Assembly: GCA_964403585.1 (NCBI GenBank)
Contig: CAYOFQ010000001.1
Coordinates: forward strand, 398,456-441,363
DNA: 42,908 nt
DNA from: an uncultured Gammaproteobacteria bacterium
Lineage (GTDB): Bacteria > Patescibacteriota > Microgenomatia > JALYQM01
Reading direction: 5' to 3'
This document shows positions 35,588 to 42,908 of this stretch, piece by piece. The notes beneath the pieces are model-generated. The model made no database searches. It worked only from the letters and a program-made list of their open reading frames with translations, and was not told where the DNA came from. Made by a program: the position numbers and the translations under genes. Each line of letters begins with the position of its first letter. Position 1 is the first letter of the stretch.

Positions 35588-36295
35588 TTAGTTTGTAAGT
35601 ATTCTCTCTACAGATGAATCAGCCAAAATCTCCATAGAATCATAAATCTTAAAATCGGAATGACTAGGAGTTAAGAGTTGTAAATCTGTACAGGCAAGTA
35701 CTACAGTATGCACATCATGAACTCTAAAATTCTCTATTATCTTAAGAAGCTTAGCTTTATCTTCATCGCCATTTCTGCTTAACACCAATCTATTAATTAG
35801 TTCTCCTACTTCTAGCTGGTCATTTTCGTTTGGAAGCGCAACTTGTATATTTTTTGATTCTAGCGGTTTTTGGTACAGACCATGCTTTATAGTAGTTAAT
35901 GTAGCAAGTATACCTACCTTATCAATATTTTGTTCTTTCAAGAAATTAGCAGTCTCCTCAACAATGCTAAGAACTGGTATATTTACTGCTTTTCTTACTT
36001 CTTCAATAAATATATGGACTGAATTACATGGTATTACTAAAAAGTCAGCACCACCTGATTCTAATCGCTTAGCAGCTTCAACTAAGTAAGGAATGTATCT
36101 TTCTTCACCAATAGCAGATTGGATAAGATCATTCTCAATCTTATATTGCATTGGGATACTCCACATTAATATAGGAGGACGTTGTTCCTTATTTCTTTGA
36201 TAGCACTTAAAAATAAGTCTTAAGTAAAATTCGCTTGTGGTTTCAGGCCCTAATCCACCGATAATTCCTATTGTTTTCATATTTATATTATACAT
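35588..36295 (-). CDS. aspartate/glutamate racemase-family protein
   Basis: MKTIGIIGGLGPETT, with the two catalytic Cys contexts VIPCNSVH and VLACTDL. The start may be ATG 36280. Confidence 0.85.
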   Translation of the reverse strand: MYNINMKTIGIIGGLGPETTSEFYLRLIFKCYQRNKEQRPPILMWSIPMQYKIENDLIQSAIGEERYIPYLVEAAKRLESGGADFLVIPCNSVHIFIEEVRKAVNIPVLSIVEETANFLKEQNIDKVGILATLTTIKHGLYQKPLESKNIQVALPNENDQLEVGELINRLVLSRNGDEDKAKLLKIIENFRVHDVHTVVLACTDLQLLTPSHSDFKIYDSMEILADSSVERILTN

Positions 36296-36314
36296 CTGGG
36301 TATATAATTTCTAA

Positions 36315-37037
36315 ATGTATAAACCTTCTTTAAAGCTAGCAACGGTTCAATGTGCAGCTATTCAAGGCGACATAAATAAGGTAGTTAATCATATTTGCGA
36401 AACTCTTAAGTGGGCAGATAGTGAAAATATAGATATTATTAGTTTTCCCGAATGTTATTTACAAGGTTACTATCATGATAAGGAAACGATAAGAGAACAC
36501 GCTATTTCTCTGTCAGATACTAAGTTTATAAGTATTTTAAATCGACTGAAGCCTTTTAAAACAACAATCATACTAGGATTAATAGAATTAAAAAAAGACA
36601 AAATTTATAACACTGCTTTAGTGATAGAACAAGGCAAAATCATAGGCTTTTATAATAAAGCTCATTTAAATGAAACAAAATATACGGCTGGAACTGAATC
36701 GCCTGTTTTTAAGAAAAATGGAGTTACGTATGGAATAAACATTTGTAATGATGCTAATTATCCTGAGACCGCTGCAAAACTAAAATCTCAAGGTGCTGAA
36801 ATCATTTTTTATCCTCTCAATAACTTATTGCCAATTAAAGTTGCTGATGAGTGGAGAGAAAAAGCAGAAGAGATACTTATAATGCGTGCAAAAGAAAATA
36901 ACTGTTGGATTGTGTCATCTGATGTTGTCTACAAAGGAGAAGAACAGAAAAGTTTTGGCTGTACAGCAATAGTTAGTCCTACAGGTGAATTGATCAAAAG
37001 AGTTCCTGAGTTCAGTGAAGGAATTATTTCTATCTAA
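36315..37037 (+). CDS. carbon-nitrogen hydrolase (nitrilase superfamily)
   Basis: Glu-Lys-Cys triad contexts are FPECYLQGY, YNKAHL and INICNDANYPE. Confidence 0.8.
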   Translation: MYKPSLKLATVQCAAIQGDINKVVNHICETLKWADSENIDIISFPECYLQGYYHDKETIREHAISLSDTKFISILNRLKPFKTTIILGLIELKKDKIYNTALVIEQGKIIGFYNKAHLNETKYTAGTESPVFKKNGVTYGINICNDANYPETAAKLKSQGAEIIFYPLNNLLPIKVADEWREKAEEILIMRAKENNCWIVSSDVVYKGEEQKSFGCTAIVSPTGELIKRVPEFSEGIISI

Positions 37038-37061
37038 TATCACCTGATATACTTTGCCTAA

Positions 37062-37508
37062 ATGCTTATTTATTTTGCAGCTCCACTATTTTCAGAGGCT
37101 GAGAAACAGTTTAATTTATCGTTGACAAAAAAGCTTGAAGAAAAAGGATTTACTGTATTTCTTCCTCAAAGAGATGGGGTTGAAAGTGATAAACCTCAAT
37201 ATAAGGGTTTGTCCAAAGATGAAAAAAGAGAAATACTATTTAATATGGATAAAGAGAAAATATTTGAGTCAGATATATTCCTTTTTATATTAGATGGAAG
37301 AGTCCCTGATGAAGGAGCATGTGTTGAATTAGGAATAGCTTATACTCAAAAAGAGTTAGAAAAGAGAAAGAAGTTGTTAATTGGGTATATGACTGATACT
37401 AGAGCTGCATTTATCGGAGGAAAGTTAAATCCTATGGTAAAGATTCCATTAGGCAAGATCGTAGAAACAGAAGATGAGTTACTAAAATTTCTTAATGATT
37501 ATAAATGA
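37062..37508 (+). CDS. nucleoside 2-deoxyribosyltransferase-family protein
   Basis: MLIYFAAPLFSEAEKQFN and DEGACVELGIAY are typical of the family. Confidence 0.7.
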   Translation: MLIYFAAPLFSEAEKQFNLSLTKKLEEKGFTVFLPQRDGVESDKPQYKGLSKDEKREILFNMDKEKIFESDIFLFILDGRVPDEGACVELGIAYTQKELEKRKKLLIGYMTDTRAAFIGGKLNPMVKIPLGKIVETEDELLKFLNDYK

Positions 37509-37522
37509 GGTTTAATTAGTTT

Positions 37523-38089
37523 TTAGTGAGCAGCTTTATATCTCTTTACCTCATCAGTGTAAAATTCATTTTCTGCCAAGTAATCTAATAAATCACTTGT
37601 TTTCTCAATCGGATCACCATTTAGTTCAGTACAAAGTCTTGCAATCTCTAATCTATTGTCATCACTGTAGGAATATTCAATAACCCTGCCATCAGGCATC
37701 TTAAATATAAAGTTGATTAGATCATTCCCAACAAAATCATTCCAATATCCGTTATCTAATTTTTGTCGGATAAGTTCTTTATATGATTCAATTGCCGCTC
37801 CAGGAATAATCAGCTTTCTTGAAGTAGAATCTTCCTCTTGAGCAATATCGATTCCTAAATCCAAAAGCTCTCGATCAGTAATATTATTTGCTCCCATAAG
37901 GTAACTTCTATAGCTAAAATTTTCACCATCAACTTTTTCATGAGCAATCATATGTGCTGTAATTTGCATACCTTGAAGTAACTTAATAGCGTTTTCTCGG
38001 GTTGCTTCTTCAGGGCTTCTATTAGTTTGAAGGTAATTAATAGCTTTTTGAATGTCTGCTTCGGTGATTTCTGAGCTTTGTTTTGCCAT
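37523..38089 (-). CDS. hypothetical protein (downstream partner of the PLD-like nuclease)
   Basis: 188-aa acidic cytoplasmic protein that starts 16 nt after the PLD gene stop. No motif recognised. Confidence 0.5.
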   Translation of the reverse strand: MAKQSSEITEADIQKAINYLQTNRSPEEATRENAIKLLQGMQITAHMIAHEKVDGENFSYRSYLMGANNITDRELLDLGIDIAQEEDSTSRKLIIPGAAIESYKELIRQKLDNGYWNDFVGNDLINFIFKMPDGRVIEYSYSDDNRLEIARLCTELNGDPIEKTSDLLDYLAENEFYTDEVKRYKAAH

Positions 38090-38105
38090 ATTTTCTCCAA
38101 TTATA

Positions 38106-38582
38106 TCAAATAAGTACTTTAGGACTTATGAACTCAAGCATTTCTTGAACAGCCTGTTTATCGTGTATACGCCGCATAATTTCTCTACTTTGTGATTGGG
38201 AGAGGATATTCAAACTTCCTTCCCAAACAATATTCTCATCAATAACGGCAATTTTCCTATGGTGAAAACCTTTTAACAACTTTATATGTATACCCATTTC
38301 CTCGCAAAACAAAATTTCATTTGTTGCTTGATAGCGAATAACTTCGTCGTGTTCAGATGGATCTCTAGTAATAATTTGTATTTTTATTCCTTTATTTAAT
38401 AACCTTTGAAAGATTGGGATTAGCTTTTCCATTCGATTTGAAGTTATATAAGGACTTTCAATGATGACTCTTTCTCTACAATTTTCTAAATCTTTCAAAA
38501 AGTATTTATAGAAGTTTGTCTCATTAAAGAGTTTGGATGAGATGAATAAGCTCTTGGGCTGTTTAAAGAGAGGGAATATCAT
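38106..38582 (-). CDS. phospholipase D-family (single HKD) nuclease-like protein
   Basis: HKD motif HHRKIAVIDENIVWEGSLNILS (HxKx4Dx6GSxN). Only 158 aa, so it would need to dimerise like Nuc-type enzymes. Confidence 0.75.
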   Translation of the reverse strand: MIFPLFKQPKSLFISSKLFNETNFYKYFLKDLENCRERVIIESPYITSNRMEKLIPIFQRLLNKGIKIQIITRDPSEHDEVIRYQATNEILFCEEMGIHIKLLKGFHHRKIAVIDENIVWEGSLNILSQSQSREIMRRIHDKQAVQEMLEFISPKVLI

Positions 38583-38656
38583 TCTGATACCTCCTTTCTT
38601 GGATTTAAACCTAAAGCTTGTAGTTTATAATGTACCTCGATAAGATTATCAATAAA

Positions 38657-38665
38657 GGTGTTCCA
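38657..38665. repeat. candidate attR core (GGTGTTCCA)
   Basis: Direct repeat of 15458-15466. Sequence to its right is G+C-richer. Continuing the yibE/F frame from here gives 20 more open codons, ending at TAA 38726-38728. Confidence 0.45.
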
Positions 38666-38747
38666 CCTGAGACCCAGAGAGCTCGCCTCCTGGTATTTTG
38701 GCAAACGATCCGCCAATTCACCGGCTAAAGTGTAGTATACTGATAGT

Positions 38748-39152
38748 ATGAATGACTTAAAAAATAAGCCGGATTCTTATTGGAGAGACAAGCTTACTCC
38801 CGAACAATACCATGTAACGCGCGAGAAAGGTACGGAAGCACCGTTTACTGGCAAGTATGACGACTTTTGGGAACCCGGCAGTTTTGCCTGTTCCAATTGT
38901 GGAAAAGTATTGTTCCACTCGACAGACAAATTTGAAGCACATTGCGGATGGCCGGCATTTTCCCAAGAAGACAGTAAAGCAAATATTGAACGCATCGACG
39001 ACGACAGCTTTGGCATGCATCGAACCGAGGTAGAGTGCAGCAATTGTGGCGCGCATCTCGGTCATGTGTTCAACGATGGACCGCCACCGACCGGTGAACG
39101 CTATTGTATTAATTCAGCATCAATTGAGTACGTTCCCGAAGAGGATAAATAG
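38748..39152 (+). CDS. msrB: peptide-methionine (R)-S-oxide reductase
   Basis: CSNCG, CGWPAF, RTEVECSNCGAHLGHVFNDGP and RYCINS. Confidence 0.95.
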   Translation: MNDLKNKPDSYWRDKLTPEQYHVTREKGTEAPFTGKYDDFWEPGSFACSNCGKVLFHSTDKFEAHCGWPAFSQEDSKANIERIDDDSFGMHRTEVECSNCGAHLGHVFNDGPPPTGERYCINSASIEYVPEEDK

Positions 39153-39153
39153 T

Positions 39154-39498
39154 TCATTTTTTACGTTTACTCTCCATACTCATGGTAACAGATTTCGTAA
39201 TCCACTGTGACAACATTTCACGATCATCCAGAACATCAACGGGAACTTCCCAATAGGAGGTAAGCGTCACGTCACCATTCTTTTTGGCATACGTGAACGG
39301 CTCACTCCCGTACTGCAGATAGTCGTTTTTATTCAGTTCGCCTACTTTAAAATAGAGCTTGTCGCCAATAAGTATTCCAAACACAATACCGTTCTTATAA
39401 AAAGCAAATCCGCCGAACATACCGCGAGTGGATATTTCTGTTTCGTCCTGCAGCAAGTCATACACAATGTAGTCCCGGTAAGAAGTATCTCGAGCCAT
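39154..39498 (-). CDS. TfoX/Sxy N-terminal-domain protein
   Basis: RGMFGGFAFYKNGIVFGILIGDKLYFKV is the TfoX_N signature. Only the N-terminal domain is present (114 aa). Confidence 0.7.
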   Translation of the reverse strand: MARDTSYRDYIVYDLLQDETEISTRGMFGGFAFYKNGIVFGILIGDKLYFKVGELNKNDYLQYGSEPFTYAKKNGDVTLTSYWEVPVDVLDDREMLSQWITKSVTMSMESKRKK

Positions 39499-39576
39499 AA
39501 CCCAAGTATATCAAAAGAAAAGACCCGACCATCTTTGTTACAAGATAATCGGGTCTCGCTAACCCCACTACACTAA

Positions 39577-40755
39577 TTACTGACGTTTCTCAAAGCACTC
39601 TGCTTTGGGGACAACCAGTAATGAGAGCAGGGCGAACACACCAATGATCAGCAAGGTCACCGTCATCGATTCACCGATGATCATGCTTACCACGATGTTC
39701 ATCACCACGACCAGGATTGAAGACATCATGCCGACATACGAAACCACTGTCGCCTGATACTCACGGGTAACATGCGGATTGATATAGCCGCGCAGAACAT
39801 CATTCCGTGTTAGTACGAACAGCCCTCCAACAACTATATACAATCCGACCGTCAGGGGAGTTATGGCGTAGGCAGCCAGCGCATACACTGTCGCTCCAAT
39901 GAGTGCGGTGGTCACCAGATAACGTCGTTCCGAGCCAATAAGTCTCACGAGCCACTTGAAGCTGAGCAGCACGGCGATCTGGCTGACCAATAGCCCGGAA
40001 TGAAATACGGCAAAGTAGCTGACATCAACTGACAACCACCTGAGCAATAACTGGTAAAGCCAGAGCACGAAGTACCCGGGAATTGCCGAGAGCATCATCT
40101 GTACCATCAGCCCTCGTACGCATTCATTATGCCGAACATGCCGGTAGCCCTCCTGGAGTGCGTCCTTGATTGTCACCACATGCTCGCCGCGAACCTCGGT
40201 AAAACCCAGGGCAATAATTACCGCCACTATCAGGGGAATCGCCGAGCAGATAATTGGATAGTTAAGTCCCCACCTGCTGGCAATCACACCACCGATCAGT
40301 GAACCGGCAATCATCGTAATCCGCCGAATAATCAGTACCGTCCGTGTAGTCCGGGCATGCAGCTCCGGGTCTTCCAGCTCCGGAACCGACGCATACAACA
40401 ATGCCGAATCCGCGCCGTTCATAAGCTTAGTCCCCAACGCGAGGATAAACTCGCCGGCAACGAAGACATACACGCTCGGATACGAACCGTAGAGTACAAG
40501 ACCACAGGCACAAACGAACGCTCCGAGCATCAACGAGAGTTTCCGGCCATACCGGTCAGCAAAGATCCCGGTCGGTACATCCAGAATCAGACCTCCCACC
40601 ATGAACCACGCCTGGATACGCGACAAGTATTCTTCCGGTAAGCCTGCCCAATCGGTATACATCGGGGTCAGAACCGCGCTGAAAAATGCCATCGAGGTAA
40701 AGACGTTGAACAAGACGTACCGTAGCAGGGCTTGCCGACTTGACTGACTGAACAT
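39577..40755 (-). CDS. MFS transporter
   Basis: About 12 TM helices and the loop 2-3 motif GIFADRYGRK. ATG 40755 (MFSQSS) is preferred, with GGAAGGGAAG upstream. Confidence 0.8.
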   Translation of the reverse strand: MFSQSSRQALLRYVLFNVFTSMAFFSAVLTPMYTDWAGLPEEYLSRIQAWFMVGGLILDVPTGIFADRYGRKLSLMLGAFVCACGLVLYGSYPSVYVFVAGEFILALGTKLMNGADSALLYASVPELEDPELHARTTRTVLIIRRITMIAGSLIGGVIASRWGLNYPIICSAIPLIVAVIIALGFTEVRGEHVVTIKDALQEGYRHVRHNECVRGLMVQMMLSAIPGYFVLWLYQLLLRWLSVDVSYFAVFHSGLLVSQIAVLLSFKWLVRLIGSERRYLVTTALIGATVYALAAYAITPLTVGLYIVVGGLFVLTRNDVLRGYINPHVTREYQATVVSYVGMMSSILVVVMNIVVSMIIGESMTVTLLIIGVFALLSLLVVPKAECFEKRQ

Positions 40756-40873
40756 GTCTTCCCTTCCTTTCAGTAATGGTAACGAGCAACACAAGCGTAT
40801 AAGCATTACAACCTCAACAGTTGAACCTTATAAGCTCATTTAAACCCCAGAAAAGAAGGAAGATACTAAAACG

Positions 40874-40898
40874 AAAAAACCTCCGTTTCCGGAGGCTT
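40874..40898 (-). terminator. rho-independent terminator (GNRA-looped hairpin plus U6)
   Basis: The minus strand reads AAGCCUCCG-GAAA-CGGAGGUUUUUU. Confidence 0.65.
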
Positions 40899-40923
40899 AA
40901 ATCAAATTACCAGGAGAATGTAG

Positions 40924-41066
40924 TTACATGCACATTACCTGAGCCTCCGAAGTGGAATCGGCATTGATACCGCCGACCGGTGAGGTAGCGGATACGGGCA
41001 TCTGGTAAAAACATAACCATTTGTGCATAATTTGCACAGTATAGCATACTATAGGACTAAAGACAA
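40924..41066 (-). promoter_or_regulatory. candidate promoter plus 34-codon leader ORF and antiterminator segment upstream of the MFS gene
   Basis: Minus strand: TTGTCT(41066-41061)-17 nt-TATACT(41043-41038), then 9 nt to ATG 41028. The ORF MHKWLCFYQMPVSATSPVGGINADSTSEAQVMCM ends at TAA 40926-40924. CGGAGGCU (40949-40942) can pair with the terminator 5' arm AGCCUCCG (40897-40890). Confidence 0.35.
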
Positions 41067-41076
41067 GAAGAAAAGT

Positions 41077-41901
41077 CTATTCAATAGTAAAATCAAACGC
41101 CAATAGGGCGTGATCTGAAGCTTGGGAGTTTACCGCGACGGTACAATTATTCGCCGCACCTCCCCGCACATAGACACGATCAAGCTGATGCCCGCCAACA
41201 TGTTTAATTCCCTTCGGAAAATGGATTCGGGTCAGATGGAGTTCATCGGCCAGGGTATCCAGGATTTTCTCCCGTCCCGGTTCCCAGGTGTTGAAGTCAC
41301 CAACAAAAATAATTGGCCCGGTGTGCTCAAGAAGTTGTTCGCGTAACTGAGCCATATGCGAGCGAAAAGACCTCCGCAGACGAAAATTAATACCGTGGCA
41401 ATTTAAAACTAACAATGCAGTTCGTATGTCTTTAGAATCATTGAGCGGATACCAGGTGCACAAAGCCATCTTCGGTGTCTTCATAACGGGTTCCAACGGA
41501 CGGGATGCTACCACAATTGCCTGCAGAGTTTTTACCGGAGAAACCGTACACACCCCGGTCGGCGACAATCCGCTTTGTAACGTAAAGTAGCTGACTGCCA
41601 GCAGGGCATCCTTCTGCGAAAATATTTCCTGATGTAATGCGTCAAAAGCCTGCATTTGGCGAAATTCCTGCAATAGCAGTAAGTCGGTTCCGGCCGTATA
41701 GGCAAGCAGCGTATCTGTATAGTGAGGACGTTTGCCTTTATACGTATTCCAGGAAACAATGTGCAGCACCTGCCCGGAAGTAAAACTCTCTTTTTGGGAT
41801 TCATTTTTTACATGCAGTAATTCCGATCCAATCTCTGGACGGTCGGGACGGAAACGATATAAAAATCGGGATAAAACAGTATCCCTTCCTGGTCTTCGCA
41901 T
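41077..41901 (-). CDS. endonuclease/exonuclease/phosphatase (EEP)-family protein
   Basis: Motifs IVSWNTYKG, LLLQE, VGDFN and SDHALLAFDF. Confidence 0.8.
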   Translation of the reverse strand: MRRPGRDTVLSRFLYRFRPDRPEIGSELLHVKNESQKESFTSGQVLHIVSWNTYKGKRPHYTDTLLAYTAGTDLLLLQEFRQMQAFDALHQEIFSQKDALLAVSYFTLQSGLSPTGVCTVSPVKTLQAIVVASRPLEPVMKTPKMALCTWYPLNDSKDIRTALLVLNCHGINFRLRRSFRSHMAQLREQLLEHTGPIIFVGDFNTWEPGREKILDTLADELHLTRIHFPKGIKHVGGHQLDRVYVRGGAANNCTVAVNSQASDHALLAFDFTIE

Positions 41902-41982
41902 ATTCGTATAATATCACTCTCTGCCGGGGTATAAATATTGAGACCTGTATACATAGATGATTTTCTCTTGATACAATACCCG

Positions 41983-42908
41983 CATGGAAGTCTTTTTGGA
42001 AATCAGTGTCGTAATTATTATTGCGACGGTTATCTCATTACTCATTCGTATACTGAAGCAGCCGTTAATAATCGGCTACATTCTTACCGGCTTAATTTGC
42101 GGACCGTATTTTTTCAATATTATTCACTCCGGTGAAACAATCGAAATTTTTTCCAAAATCGGCGTCGTTATTCTGCTCTTTATAGTTGGCCTTAATTTGA
42201 ATCCCCAGGTTATCAAAGAAGTTGGCAGGGTTTCAATTGCCTCAGGCATTGCCCAGGTAATCCTTACCACCGTAATCGGCTTTATCATTGCCCTAACACT
42301 TGGCCTGGATCATACGGCAGCGCTCTATGTGGCCATCGCCTTAACCTTTTCCAGTACTATTATTATCCTGAAACTATTATCCGATAAAGGCGATATTAAT
42401 GCATTTTACGGTAAGATAATTATCGGTTTGCTTGTAGTACAGGATATTATTGCGACCGTAGTACTGGTACTTATCTCAGCACTACAGGGTTCCGGTCAAG
42501 CCGACGTCGGTTTCGTCATCGCAATGACCTTACTTAAAGGCGCTGCAATTACTGTCGCAATTCTGGTAATCAGCAACTATATCATCAACCGCAGTATTAG
42601 GTTCGTTGCCCAGTCTCAGGAACTCCTGTTCCTGTTTTCTCTTGGCTGGGGACTCTCTATCGCTACTATTTTCGCGGTTACCGGTTTTTCAGTTGAAATT
42701 GGTGCGCTGGTAGCGGGAGTCACGCTTTCGGTTACACCATACGCCTTTGAAATCAGTTCGCGCTTAAAACCGCTGCGGGACTTTTTCGTTTTGCTCTTCT
42801 TCATTTTGCTCGGTTCGCAGTTAACATTTTCTAATTTAGAAACATCAATTATCCCAATTATCGTACTCTCGTTGTTTGTATTAGTCGGAAATCCGCTGAT
42901 TATGATTG
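41983..42908 (+). CDS. cation:proton antiporter (CPA2/Kef-type), 5' part; continues past the right edge
   Basis: Hand translation from ATG 41983 gives MEVFLEISVVIIIATVISLLIRILKQPLIIGYILTGLICGP... The frame is open to the window end, with continuous TM helices typical of Na+/H+ exchanger-family proteins. TACAAT at 41971-41976 lies 6 nt upstream. It is absent from the ORF track because no stop falls in the window. Confidence 0.85.

Larger units (their letters stand above)
15458..38665. mobile_element. integrated conjugative/mobilisable element-like genomic island (serine-recombinase type, T4SS-encoding)
   Basis: Abrupt drop in G+C by eye. Contains a terminal large serine recombinase, VirD4-like, relaxase-like, VirB2/VirB6/VirB4-like and M23 hydrolase genes, and is flanked by the 9-bp direct repeat. 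The flanks are housekeeping genes. Confidence 0.7.

Noticed and set aside
38757-39065. Minus-strand ORFs antisense to msrB
   Set aside because: msrB is unmistakable on the plus strand, so these are shadows.
40900-41030. Assignment of the MFS leader to a known riboswitch class (TPP, guanidine-I, fluoride, Mn2+) or to SRP RNA
   Set aside because: None of the conserved core sequences I remember for these RNAs is present. Only generic hairpins and the terminator/antiterminator pairing were seen.
41938-42135. Track ORF 41938-42135(+)
   Set aside because: It is in a different frame from the antiporter gene, which starts at 41983. That gene translates into continuous TM helices up to the window end.
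1-42908. CRISPR arrays, tRNA/rRNA genes, transposase/IS elements and alternative genetic code (UGA recoding)
   Set aside because: No spaced direct-repeat arrays and no tRNA T-arm-like GGTTCGAAT motifs were seen by eye. No transposase-like ORF is present. Long ORFs are intact under the standard code, and TGA is used as a stop (for example at 7517-7519 and 30723-30725).

Overview
This 42.9-kb window has two housekeeping-type flanks of ordinary composition (about 1-15457 and 38666-42908). They bracket a visibly AT-richer insertion of about 23.2 kb (about 15458-38665). The left flank carries HflX, two NUDIX hydrolases, an SDR::FAD/ALO-oxidase fusion, a cyclophilin lipoprotein and a C15-peptidase-like protein. 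It also carries a Zn/Mn-type metal ABC importer divergent from a Fur-family regulator, a metallophosphoesterase plus nucleotidyltransferase-fold pair, and a YibE/F membrane protein. The right flank carries MsrB, a TfoX-N protein, an MFS transporter, an EEP-family enzyme and a CPA2-type antiporter that runs off the right edge. Protein styles (a pilin-like C-terminal head, tight gene packing) are reminiscent of Patescibacteria/CPR or another reduced monoderm, but taxonomy cannot be proven from this window. The insertion looks like an integrative conjugative or mobilisable element. A large serine recombinase sits at its left end, and that ORF reads across the junction into the antisense of the yibE/F-like gene. 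A 54-codon ORF is translationally coupled to the recombinase. Two paralogous XRE regulators are present, and TATCAA/TTGATA-type palindromes sit on the recombinase and T4SS promoters. The element also encodes a VirD4-like coupling ATPase and a Replic_Relax-like putative relaxase broken by a perfect 13-bp tandem duplication. Next come an AbiEii-type nucleotidyltransferase fused to a WYL-like domain and zinc ribbon, and a roughly 1100-aa beta-helix surface protein. A tightly coupled minimal monoderm-type T4SS operon follows: VirB2-like pilin, VirB6-like protein, VirB3/VirB4N-like protein, VirB4 ATPase, M23 hydrolase and two membrane proteins. Cargo comprises an APH-type kinase plus alpha/beta hydrolase, then a RibD_C reductase, Asp/Glu racemase, nitrilase-superfamily hydrolase and nucleoside 2-deoxyribosyltransferase, and finally a PLD-type nuclease with an unknown partner. 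A 9-bp direct repeat GGTGTTCCA sits at both composition breakpoints. Outside the island, many genes carry a -10-like hexamer 6-7 nt before the start codon and so appear leaderless. The znuA-like and zur-like genes share one palindromic -35 hexamer. The MFS gene is preceded by a promoter, a 34-codon ORF and a terminator/antiterminator arrangement. No tRNA, rRNA or CRISPR array was seen. All functional calls rest on motif recognition by eye; no database search or numerical computation was run.
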